Assembly (NCBI GenBank): GCA_034722055.1
Contig: JAYENL010000091.1
Span: forward strand, 1 to 41,827
Reading direction: 5' to 3'
Source: Armatimonadota bacterium
Lineage (GTDB): Bacteria; Armatimonadota; Zipacnadia; Zipacnadales; UBA5352
DNA: 41,827 bases
Position 1 is the first letter of the stretch; each line of letters starts with the position of its first letter. The position numbers and the translations under genes are program-made. A model generated the notes under the pieces. That model did no database searches. It was not told the origin of the DNA and saw nothing but the letters and a program-made list of their open reading frames with translations. Positions 1 to 8,077 of this stretch are shown here, in pieces.

Positions 1-38
1 CCAAGATGCCGTGCCGTTGAGGGTGCGCTCGAACGACA

Positions 39-81
39 GTCGCGCTTCGCGCGACGGCTGGCCTAGGCAGGCCAGCCCTCC
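39..81 (-). repeat. REP-like palindrome (GGAG-headed) plus adjacent hairpin
   Basis: Minus strand reads GGAG-GGCTGGCCT-GCCT-AGGCCAGCC (perfect 9-bp stem, 56-77), next to GTCGCGC-TTC-GCGCGAC (39-55). A tetranucleotide head plus palindrome is the usual REP layout. Confidence 0.5.
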
Positions 82-170
82 GTACGACACTGACCCGCAG
101 CGCCGCAACTGCGCGGGCCCATCCGTAGGCAGCGTGGGGGCGGCTACCCAGCACTGCATAGCCATTCTTG

Positions 171-199
171 GTGGGTTGCGGGCGTCCTCGCCCCCAACC
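171..199 (+). repeat. REP-like imperfect palindrome (GTGG-headed)
   Basis: GTGG-GTTGCGGGCG-TCCT-CGCCCCCAAC. The core TGGGTTGCGGGCG recurs at 33412-33424. Confidence 0.4.
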
Positions 200-289
200 G
201 ACAATCTGAGGCCACACCCCCTGGCACCTTTCCGTCGCACGTCGCCCCGCTCTCGCCATATGCTCTGCGAAGCAGCCCCTCCCAAGCCG

Positions 290-1273
290 CTACGGCCGGG
301 TGGACACCACCTCGATCCGCTCCGGATCGCTGTTGCCCAGACGGAACTGCTCTGTGGCGGGCTGGAGGTAAACCACCGGCGTGTTGAGGTGCTCCAGATC
401 GGCGTTCTCCTCCTGCCGCTTCTCCAGCAGTATCCGGCGGCAGGTCGTGTCCAGCGCCACCGGGTCGGTGGATGCCAGGATGCCCCGGTACAGCCAGGTC
501 TCCGGCCTGGCCTGTCCCTCGACCCGCCGCCAGCCGGGCCGGAGGGCGTCAACGACGTGCAGCACGGTTGCCCGGCGCAGCGACGCGTTGGCCGCCGCCT
601 CCGCCAGCGTCTCCGGCTCCCGCCGCAGGCGCTGCCGGTCCACGTAGGGGACAGAGTTCAGGCAGTTCGCCAGGGCTGCGTACATCCCCACCTGCTCGTC
701 CACGCGCAGCCGCGAGACGCTCACGATCTTCGTGGTGTAGTCCAGCACGATGCGGCTGACGCCGCTGCGGTAGCCCTCGGCGTCGCTGGCCATGACCCGC
801 ACGCCGGGCGTCCGCCCGCTGAGGTCGAAGCCCGCCCGGAACAGCTCCGCCTCATCGCCGGAGTAGACGATGATGTTCCGCAGCCGCACGCCGGTGCCCA
901 GAATGCGCAGGATGAGCGCCTCCAGCACCTCCTGATGCACCTGCAGCCGCCCCACGTCGAGCTGAATCCCCACGCGGTCGTTGGGCTTGAACAGCTTCGA
1001 CCACGCATCCTCGGCGTTATCGACATCCAGCGCCGCGGTGGCCGCGCGGTCGAGCAGCAGCTCGACGATGCCGTACTCCACCTTGCCCTCCGGGTAGATG
1101 TACGGCGTCAGCGGCCCCTCCGGCGCCAGGATCCGCTCCGCCTGTGCTACAGCCACCCTGGAGCGCTCCGGCACGCCGGGCCTGGCCTCGGCCCTCTGGA
1201 CCGCGATGAGGCATACGCAGACCGCCGCGGCCCCCATGATCCGTCGCCACAGTGTGCTCGTGCGTGACAGCAC
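290..1273 (-). CDS. DUF362-like protein, probably exported
   Basis: Signal-peptide-like N-terminus (RRIMGAAAVCVCLIAVQRAEA). DUF362-type segments 'FKPNDRVGI', 'ILASTDPVALD' and 'LGNSDPERIEVV'. GTG start with upstream GGAG/GAGG. Confidence 0.65.
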   Translation of the reverse strand: MLSRTSTLWRRIMGAAAVCVCLIAVQRAEARPGVPERSRVAVAQAERILAPEGPLTPYIYPEGKVEYGIVELLLDRAATAALDVDNAEDAWSKLFKPNDRVGIQLDVGRLQVHQEVLEALILRILGTGVRLRNIIVYSGDEAELFRAGFDLSGRTPGVRVMASDAEGYRSGVSRIVLDYTTKIVSVSRLRVDEQVGMYAALANCLNSVPYVDRQRLRREPETLAEAAANASLRRATVLHVVDALRPGWRRVEGQARPETWLYRGILASTDPVALDTTCRRILLEKRQEENADLEHLNTPVVYLQPATEQFRLGNSDPERIEVVSTRP

Positions 1274-1353
1274 CCGACCTCACTCCACCTGTTGCGGTTC
1301 CGCCCACCCCCCACTACGTCTGACACGCCGGGGCCTCGGTTTGTTTCGGCGCC

Positions 1354-1911
1354 TCACTCAACCTCAAGCCTGCCGGCGGCCAGCAGAAGCCCCGCCACCG
1401 TCTTGCTGTCGCGCAGCTCTCCCGACCAGCACCGGAGCAGCGCCTCGTCGAAGGGCAGCCGCACCACCTCGATCTGCTCATCCGTGTCGCCCTCCCCGGC
1501 CGCCGACTCCAGCTCGGTCGCCAGGTAGACGCTGATCACCTCCGTGCTGTATCCCGGCGCGGTGTAGAGGTCCGCCATGTGCTCGATGCAGCCTGCGCGA
1601 TGCCCGGTTTCCTCCACCAGCTCCCGCCGCATGGTCTCCTCCGGCCGCTCGTCCGCCTCCAGCGTTCCGGCCGGGATCTCCAGCAGCACCTCGCCGGCGG
1701 GATGCCGCCACTGGCGGACCATCAGCACCTCCCTGTCTCCAGTCACGGGCACCGCCGCCACTGCCCCGCGGTGCTCCACGACCTCGCGCGTGCAGCGGCC
1801 CCCTCCGGGAAGCTCCACGTCGTCAACCCGCAGGCCGACCACCCTCCCAGAGTACACTTGCTCGCTCCGGAGGGTCCGCTCCATCAACCGCTCGGTGGGA
1901 TTCTCGCTCAC
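1354..1911 (-). CDS. NUDIX hydrolase, ADP-ribose pyrophosphatase (NudF-like)
   Basis: Nudix box 'GTLEADERPEETMRRELVEETG', with 'REVVEHRGAVA', 'VRQWRHP' and 'YTAPGYSTE'. Start re-placed at GTG 1911, downstream of GGAGG. Confidence 0.9.
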   Translation of the reverse strand: MSENPTERLMERTLRSEQVYSGRVVGLRVDDVELPGGGRCTREVVEHRGAVAAVPVTGDREVLMVRQWRHPAGEVLLEIPAGTLEADERPEETMRRELVEETGHRAGCIEHMADLYTAPGYSTEVISVYLATELESAAGEGDTDEQIEVVRLPFDEALLRCWSGELRDSKTVAGLLLAAGRLEVE

Positions 1912-2056
1912 CTGAACCACCTCCGTCGGCGGAATCGTTATACACACTGGCCTTCCGCATGGCGGACCAGAGACCTGCCGCGCAGGAATGGGCCGCCGCC
2001 GCGAGGAAAAGCACACTGACATCAGGAGACGGGGCACGCAAAGGGATCACGCTGCC

Positions 2057-2824
2057 ATGCGCGATGAGGCCACCGCTGCCCTGCGGTGGATTGACTGCAA
2101 TGCCCGGATCGGCCGCTGGAGCTCTCCCCAGCCAGAGCAGTTCACGCAGCCGGCCGAGCTGCTTGCTGCCTGGGATCGGGTCGGGATCCACGGCGGGCTG
2201 GTGTACCACTCGTGGGCCTGGGAGTGGTCGGCGGCCCGGGGCAACCAGCGGCTGCTGGAGGAGATCGACGGCGAGGAGCGCCTGCGGCCCTGCTTCGTGG
2301 TCCTCCCGCCGGCGACGCAGGAGATGGGCCCGCCGGCCGACCTGGCGGCCACCATCCGCGACCTCCACGGCGCGGTGCGCATCTTCCCGAAGATGCACAA
2401 CTGGTCGGTGCGCGACTGGTGCGCCGGAGCCCTGTTCGAGGCTCTCGCCGAGCACGGCGTCCCGGTGCTCGTGGACATCAAGGAGGTGGACTGGGATTCA
2501 GTGGCCTCCCTGGTCGCGCGCCATCCGGACATGCCGGTCATCGTGCTGAACTTCTACTACCGCGTTGACCGCTGGATCTATCCCCTGCTGGAGCGGCATG
2601 ACAACTTCCACATCGAGGCCAACACCTACGGGGTCTTCCGCGGCGTCGAGGAAGTCGTGGCGCGCTTCGGCCCCGGCGGCCTCGTCTTCGGCACCGGCCT
2701 CCCGGAGCTGGAGGCCGGGGGGCCGATGGCCATGATCTCGTACGCGGAGATCTCCGACGAGGATAAGCGACTGATCGCGGGCGGGAATCTCCTCCGCCTG
2801 CTCGGGGAGGAGGAAGTCCCATGA
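2057..2824 (+). CDS. Amidohydrolase-family (Amidohydro_2-like) protein with degenerate metal site
   Basis: TIM-barrel amidohydrolase pattern, but 'IDCNARIG' replaces DxHxH and 'FGTGLP' replaces FGTDxP. Typical C-terminus 'DKRLIAGGNLLRLL'. Start placed at ATG 2057 (uncertain). Confidence 0.8.
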   Translation: MRDEATAALRWIDCNARIGRWSSPQPEQFTQPAELLAAWDRVGIHGGLVYHSWAWEWSAARGNQRLLEEIDGEERLRPCFVVLPPATQEMGPPADLAATIRDLHGAVRIFPKMHNWSVRDWCAGALFEALAEHGVPVLVDIKEVDWDSVASLVARHPDMPVIVLNFYYRVDRWIYPLLERHDNFHIEANTYGVFRGVEEVVARFGPGGLVFGTGLPELEAGGPMAMISYAEISDEDKRLIAGGNLLRLLGEEEVP

Positions 2825-3624
2825 CCATGAGCCTGCAGGAGCACGCCCTGACCGGCACACCGCTCGACGACGTCTACGTGGTTGACGCCCACGCGCATAT
2901 GGGCCCCTACTTCGCCTTCAACATCGGCGACGAGGGATCCGCGGAGGCCATGGTGGGCGCCATGGATCGTCTGGGCATCGACGTGTCCATCGCCAGCCCC
3001 CACATCGCCCTCACCTGCGACTACCGTAAGGGCAACCGCCGGGTGGCGGAGGCCGCCCAGCGCTTCCCGGGCCGCATCGTGCCCTTCGTGGTGGTCAATC
3101 CCAACTACCCGCTCGCGGAGATCGAGGCGGAGATCGAGCACTGGCACCGGAGCACGGGAATCGTGGCCTTCAAGTTCCACTCGGGCCTGCACAGCGCCAC
3201 CTGTCTCGACGATGGCTACACTCCGGCCTACGAGTACGCCGACGAGCATGGCGTGCCCATCCTGTCACACTCCTGGAACGGCGAGGGCGGCCGCGAGGCC
3301 GTCATCGAGACCCTGTCAGAGCGCTACCCCAACATCACCTTCATCAACGCCCACTCCTCCAGCGGCTGGGACGTCATCGACGACGCCTGCGACCTTGCCG
3401 ACCAGTTTGACCGCGTGTACCTGGACCTCACCGGCTCTCTCCTCGTCTACGGCGGGCTGGAGCGGATGGTGGAGCGGGTCGGGGCCGAGCGGATACTGTG
3501 GGGCACCGACAGCCCCTTCATCGACCCCCGGCCGGCGCTGGGGAGAATGCTGTGTGCCCAGGTCTCCGACGAGGACAAGCGCAAGATGCTGGGGCTGAAC
3601 GCCAAGCGGCTTTTCGGCCTCTGA
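2821..3624 (+). CDS. Amidohydrolase-family metal-dependent hydrolase
   Basis: Motifs 'VDAHAH', 'FKFH', 'LSH', 'NAH', 'WGTDSP' and 'KMLGLNAKRLF'. ATGA overlap with the upstream gene. Confidence 0.9.
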   Translation: MTMSLQEHALTGTPLDDVYVVDAHAHMGPYFAFNIGDEGSAEAMVGAMDRLGIDVSIASPHIALTCDYRKGNRRVAEAAQRFPGRIVPFVVVNPNYPLAEIEAEIEHWHRSTGIVAFKFHSGLHSATCLDDGYTPAYEYADEHGVPILSHSWNGEGGREAVIETLSERYPNITFINAHSSSGWDVIDDACDLADQFDRVYLDLTGSLLVYGGLERMVERVGAERILWGTDSPFIDPRPALGRMLCAQVSDEDKRKMLGLNAKRLFGL

Positions 3625-3672
3625 GAGGGCGGCCGGGTCAGGACCTGGTGACATGGTGAGAGGGGGCGAGAG

Positions 3673-5421
3673 GTGAGATCCGTGGAGATTCTGCAGGCCA
3701 TCAGGGGACGCCGAAGCATCCGCCGGTTCCGCACCGACCCCATCCCACCGGAGGTGCTGGAGGCGGTGCTCGATGCCGCGCGCTGGGCCCCGTACGGCAC
3801 CACCACCGACGAGCGCGTCCTGCTGGCACTGGCGGGCCAGCCCAAGGAGCGGCTGGTGGGATTCCTCTCCGCGCGGCTGGAGGAGGTCCTGGAGGCGATG
3901 GCCGAGGGCCCCTCGCGGCGGACCCTCAACTACGCCCGCTCGCTGGTCCCGGTGGTCGATGACGCGCCCGTCCTGGTGGCCGTCTTCACCGCCGTGGGCC
4001 GCGAGGGGCCGGAGCTGTCCATCGCCTCGGCCGCCTGCGCGGTCCAGAATATGATGCTGGCGGCCCATGCGCACGGCCTCGCGAGCTGCTACATGACCGG
4101 CGCTATCTACCTCGCCGACGAGATCGCCCACCAGCTCGGAATCAGCCAGCACCGGCTCGTGGGCCTGGTGCCCCTGGGATACCCCGCGGCGGGCGGCACT
4201 GAGCGCAGGGACTTCCCGACCGTCGCCTGGCGCGGCTTCGGCGAGCTTGATCACGGCGAGCTCCCAGAGGCCGACCAGCCCCAGGTCTCCGCCGTGCAGA
4301 AAGCCCGCCCTGGAGCGGGAGAGCACGTGCTGCTGATTACGGACACGCCGGAGGTTGACGCTCACATCACCGATGTCCTTCGTCGAGCCGGATACCAGGT
4401 CCGAGTGGCAGGGCCCGCCGACGGGCTGGAGGCCTTCAGACAGCAGTGCCCCGATCTGACCATCATCGACGCCATCCTGCGGCACGCCAGCGGCTACGCC
4501 CTCGCCGAGCGCATCCGCGACGAGGTGGAGGGGCCCTGTCCGGTCATCGTCGCCACCGCCGCCTACGATGCCGCGGACGAGGAGCAGGCCCTCGTCGCCG
4601 GCGCCTCCGACGTGCTCACCAAGCCCGTCCGGGATCACGAGCTGCTGGCCCGCGTGCGCTTCCTGGCCGACAGCCGGGCCCTCTACGAGCAGCTCCAGGA
4701 GCGCGCCGAGGAGCTGCAGCGCGTCAACGAGGAGATGCGCGAGCTCCAGCAGATGCGCGATGACCTCACACACATGATCGTCCATGACATGCGCACGCCG
4801 CTGACCAACATCATTACCGGGTTGCAGACCGTGGAGGAGGCCGACTTCGACGAGGACCTGGCTCGCGAGTTCCTGCCCGAGGCCATCAGCGGGGGCCTGG
4901 ACCTCTCGGACATGGTCAACAACCTCCTGGACATCTCCAAGATGGAGGCCGGGGAGCTGGAGCCCGACCGTGAGGAGCTGCCCGCCGCCGAGGTCGTGGG
5001 CCAAGCCTGCGAGCGGGTGGATTACCTCGCGGAGCAGGGCGGCGTGGAGCTGTCCACTGACCTGGAGGACGGGCTGAAGCTGCGGGCTGACCGGCAGCTC
5101 ATCCAGCGCACGCTGGTGAACCTGCTGGGCAACGCGGTGAAGTTCACGCCCCAGGGCGGCTCAGTGCGCGTTCAGGCCCGCCGGGCCGACGGCGCCATCC
5201 GCCTCTGCGTCCACGACACCGGCCCCGGCATACCCCAGGACCAGCAGGACCAGCTCTTCCGCAAGTTCTCCCAGCTCGATACCGACCAGGCCAAGCAGGG
5301 CACCGGGCTGGGACTTGCCTTCGTGCGCATGGCCGTGGAGGCGCATGGAGGCGAGGTGTGGGTGGACAGCGAGGTCGGCGAGGGCAGCTCCTTCTGCTTC
5401 ACAATCCCGGAGGGGGAGTAG
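3673..5421 (+). CDS. Nitroreductase-receiver-histidine kinase fusion (hybrid sensor kinase)
   Basis: N-terminal nitroreductase ('RRSIRRF', 'AARWAP', 'AVQNMMLAAHAHGLASC', 'LGYP'). REC domain ('PDLTIID', 'IVATA', 'LTKP'). HisKA ('HDMRTPLT'). HATPase ('NLLGNAVKFT', 'DTGPGI', 'GTGLGL', 'GEGSSF'). Confidence 0.9.
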   Translation: MRSVEILQAIRGRRSIRRFRTDPIPPEVLEAVLDAARWAPYGTTTDERVLLALAGQPKERLVGFLSARLEEVLEAMAEGPSRRTLNYARSLVPVVDDAPVLVAVFTAVGREGPELSIASAACAVQNMMLAAHAHGLASCYMTGAIYLADEIAHQLGISQHRLVGLVPLGYPAAGGTERRDFPTVAWRGFGELDHGELPEADQPQVSAVQKARPGAGEHVLLITDTPEVDAHITDVLRRAGYQVRVAGPADGLEAFRQQCPDLTIIDAILRHASGYALAERIRDEVEGPCPVIVATAAYDAADEEQALVAGASDVLTKPVRDHELLARVRFLADSRALYEQLQERAEELQRVNEEMRELQQMRDDLTHMIVHDMRTPLTNIITGLQTVEEADFDEDLAREFLPEAISGGLDLSDMVNNLLDISKMEAGELEPDREELPAAEVVGQACERVDYLAEQGGVELSTDLEDGLKLRADRQLIQRTLVNLLGNAVKFTPQGGSVRVQARRADGAIRLCVHDTGPGIPQDQQDQLFRKFSQLDTDQAKQGTGLGLAFVRMAVEAHGGEVWVDSEVGEGSSFCFTIPEGE

Positions 5422-5517
5422 TTGGTAGTTGTCAGTTGTCAGTTGCAAGTTGTCAGTTGCAAGTTGTCAGTTGCAAGTTGTCAGTTGCAGGTTGTGAGTT
5501 GTCAGGTGTCAGTGAAC
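5420..5517 (+). repeat. Tandem heptamer repeat array (AGTTGTC/AGTTGCA, about 14 units)
   Basis: Read directly: AGTTGGT, AGTTGTC x2, then alternating AGTTGCA/AGTTGTC, decaying to GGTTGTG, AGTTGTC, AGGTGTC, AGTGAAC. Confidence 0.95.
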
Positions 5518-5645
5518 GGCGGGCGGCCGCTGGCCCTCCTCGTGTGTCGCGATGGCCCGCATATCCTTGGCATCTCACGACGGAACGGTCGCACTTGGGA
5601 GCCCGCCGAGGCTGATCGTCGGCGCTACCATGATTGCAGAGGACC

Positions 5646-5694
5646 GACAACTGACAACTGATGGCTGAGAACTGATAACTGATAACTCGAAACT
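5646..5694 (-). repeat. Inverted heptamer array (GACAACT-type, 7 units)
   Basis: GACAACT GACAACT GATGGCT GAGAACT GATAACT GATAACT CGAAACT, i.e. the reverse complement of the AGTTGTC units. Confidence 0.9.
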
Positions 5695-5699
5695 GTCGT

Positions 5700-6767
5700 T
5701 TACGGCAGCCTCAACGGATACTGCCCGTACTCCACGATCAGCTCCCGCACCAGCCTCATGGTCGCCACCGAGATGTCGGGGGCGATGGAGTGCGTGCCGA
5801 TCGCCAGGCCGCCGCCGACGCCTGATGACAGCACCTCCAGGACATGCTCCCGCACCTCCTGCGGCTCTCCCCGCGGCAGGATCTCGGCGTTGTCGAGCCC
5901 CCCAAGCAGCGCCAGCCGCTCGCCGTACCGCTCCCGCAGCTCCGTCGGGTGCAGGCCGGTATGATACTCCACGGGATTGATGCCATCGAAGCCCAGGTCG
6001 ATGAACAGGTCCAGCAGCGGCCCGATGTTGCCGTCGCTGTGCAGAATCACCTTCCGGGCGCCGGCGTCCTTGAAGCTCTCGACCAGATGCGCCCACGCCG
6101 GGGCCAGCACCCGCTCGGCCGTGGCCGGTGAGAACATGGGGCCCTTCGTCGCCGCCATGTCGTCGTAGACCCAGATGCCGGTATCATACAAATCCCACCG
6201 CCGCAGCTCCTCCAGGCCGATAGCCGCGATGTGCCGCGCGGTGCGCATGGCCATCTCCGCCGCCATCTGCGGGTCGGCGGCCAGGTCCATCAGCCACTGC
6301 TGCTCCCCGCGCATGAAGCCGGTGCGGATGAACGGGCCGCCCACCTTCGCGAACACCGCGTAGCGCCGCTTCCGCTCCTCGATGACCGCGTCTATGCCCT
6401 GGTAGCGACTCTCCAGGGAGGCCGGCTCGAACTCCCCGTAGCGCAGCGCTCCGCTCTCGTCGTAGGCCACCTCCGCCTGCTCGTAGAAGTACCCCCCTGA
6501 GCGGACGCGCCGCACCTGCCCCCAGCCGTCGCGCTCCAGCCGGTACTCCCCATGCGTCCCCAGCTCGCCGGCCAGGCTCGGCCACGGCGTCTCGTTCCCC
6601 ACCGCGATCCAGATGTCCACCAGGAAGTGCTCCTCCAGGTCCTCCTCGCTCCCGGTCTCGTCCTGCCACATCTGCTGGAACTCGCCCCAGAAGCTCATCG
6701 GGGCCACCGGGACGCAGTCGGGCTCCTGGAACTCCAGCGCGGCCATCGCGCGCTGCTTCGATGTCAT
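5700..6767 (-). CDS. Uroporphyrinogen decarboxylase family protein (UroD/MtaA-like)
   Basis: Motifs 'MTSKQRAMAALEFQEPDCVP', 'FMRGEQQWLMDL', 'YDDMA..GPMFSP', 'LHSDGNI', 'GINPVE', 'LLGGLD' and 'THSIAPD'. ATG 6767 with GGAGAGG RBS. Confidence 0.85.
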   Translation of the reverse strand: MTSKQRAMAALEFQEPDCVPVAPMSFWGEFQQMWQDETGSEEDLEEHFLVDIWIAVGNETPWPSLAGELGTHGEYRLERDGWGQVRRVRSGGYFYEQAEVAYDESGALRYGEFEPASLESRYQGIDAVIEERKRRYAVFAKVGGPFIRTGFMRGEQQWLMDLAADPQMAAEMAMRTARHIAAIGLEELRRWDLYDTGIWVYDDMAATKGPMFSPATAERVLAPAWAHLVESFKDAGARKVILHSDGNIGPLLDLFIDLGFDGINPVEYHTGLHPTELRERYGERLALLGGLDNAEILPRGEPQEVREHVLEVLSSGVGGGLAIGTHSIAPDISVATMRLVRELIVEYGQYPLRLP

Positions 6768-6983
6768 CGCCTGCGCCTCTCCATGCGGACTGTACCGATG
6801 CACGTCAGTTCGCCGCGCACGCGCCACGGCCTGCCCGCCGCCGGCAGAGAGGTGCGGCCCGCCGCGGCGCCGAACCTCCCCTCGGCCGGGGCTGGGGCTC
6901 CGGCCTCGTCGGTGCACCGCGGAACATGTCGCGGCCCGGAGGGCTCAAAGGGGTACGCCGGCCTGACCGGCCGACGCCCAATC

Positions 6984-8057
6984 ATGAGAATCATCGATCA
7001 CTACATCCTTGGCGAGGCCCTGGGCCCCTTCCTGGTGGCGCTGCTGGCATTCATCGTGCTGATTACGGGCCACATGCTCTTCAACGTGGTGGAGGTCATC
7101 GTCGAGCACGGGGTGCCGCTGCCCTCGGTGCTGCACTTCGTGGCCCTGCAGATGCCCGGCGCCGCGGTCCTGGCCCTGCCGGTCGCCACGCTCATGGGCT
7201 GCTCGCTGGCGGTGAACCGCCTGGCGTCGGACCACGAGATCGTGGCCATGCGCGCCGGCGCCGCCAGCCTGTGGCGGGTGCTGGCGCCACTGTGGGTGCT
7301 GGGCGCGCTGACCAGCGTGCTGACGCTGGCGCTGAACGAGGGCGCCGTGCCGTGGTCGCGGCAGCAGGCCGAGCACCTGGTGCGGGAGATGGTGTTGCGG
7401 CGCCAGTCACTGGCCTTCGAGCCCGGGAAGTTCACCGACACCGGGCAGGGCATTGAGGTCTTTGTCGGCGAGCGCAGCGGGGGGCCCGGCGAGCTGCGCG
7501 ACGTGCTGGTATTCCAGACGCAGCCTGGCGACTGGCCGCTGCTGGTGGCGGCGCGGAGAGCCGTCTTCCGCGGCGACCGCCTCTACCCGCTCGGCGCCAG
7601 GCTCTACTACTTTGACGGCCGCGGCCTCACAACGCTCCGGCCGGCCCAGGCGGTGGTGGACCTGCGGCAGGTCGCCTCCGGCGCAGAGGGCATCCCGGGC
7701 CCTACGGGCCTGTCAGAGCTGACTCTCCGGGAGCTTGCCGCGGAGGTCCGGGAGCGCGAGCAGGCCGCGGCGGGAACAGGTCGCTCCTACGCCATGGAGC
7801 TGCACGCGCGCCTGGCCATGGCCGCCTCCTGCCTGGTGTTCGCGGCGCTGGCCGGTCCGGTCACCCTGCGCTTCGCGCGCGGGCAGAGCCTGGTGGGCGT
7901 GATGGCGGCCATGATCATCACATTCGCCTACTTCCTGGTCATGATCTGGACCAGGGCGCTCGGCGAGGGCGGGGTGCTCCCCGTTCCGGTCGCCGCCTGG
8001 GTGCAGAACGTGGTGCTCATCGCAGCAGCCGCCCTCGGCGTCCGTCTCCTCCGCTGA
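6984..8057 (+). CDS. LptF/LptG family LPS export permease
   Basis: Motifs 'MRIIDHYILGE', 'LPVATLMG', 'RLASDHEIVAMRAGAASL', 'LNEGAVP' and 'AAWVQNV'. Three N-terminal and three C-terminal TM segments. Confidence 0.9.
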   Translation: MRIIDHYILGEALGPFLVALLAFIVLITGHMLFNVVEVIVEHGVPLPSVLHFVALQMPGAAVLALPVATLMGCSLAVNRLASDHEIVAMRAGAASLWRVLAPLWVLGALTSVLTLALNEGAVPWSRQQAEHLVREMVLRRQSLAFEPGKFTDTGQGIEVFVGERSGGPGELRDVLVFQTQPGDWPLLVAARRAVFRGDRLYPLGARLYYFDGRGLTTLRPAQAVVDLRQVASGAEGIPGPTGLSELTLRELAAEVREREQAAAGTGRSYAMELHARLAMAASCLVFAALAGPVTLRFARGQSLVGVMAAMIITFAYFLVMIWTRALGEGGVLPVPVAAWVQNVVLIAAAALGVRLLR

Positions 8058-8077
8058 TCGCCCGCGCGGGGTGTGCG

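Noticed and set aside
5358..5661. Small Cys/Val-rich ORFs (VVSCQLQ repeats)
   Set aside because: These are just translations of the heptamer array, with no RBS or other coding evidence.
5420..5694. Possible CRISPR array
   Set aside because: The units are 7-bp tandem repeats with no unique spacers, and no cas genes are in the window.
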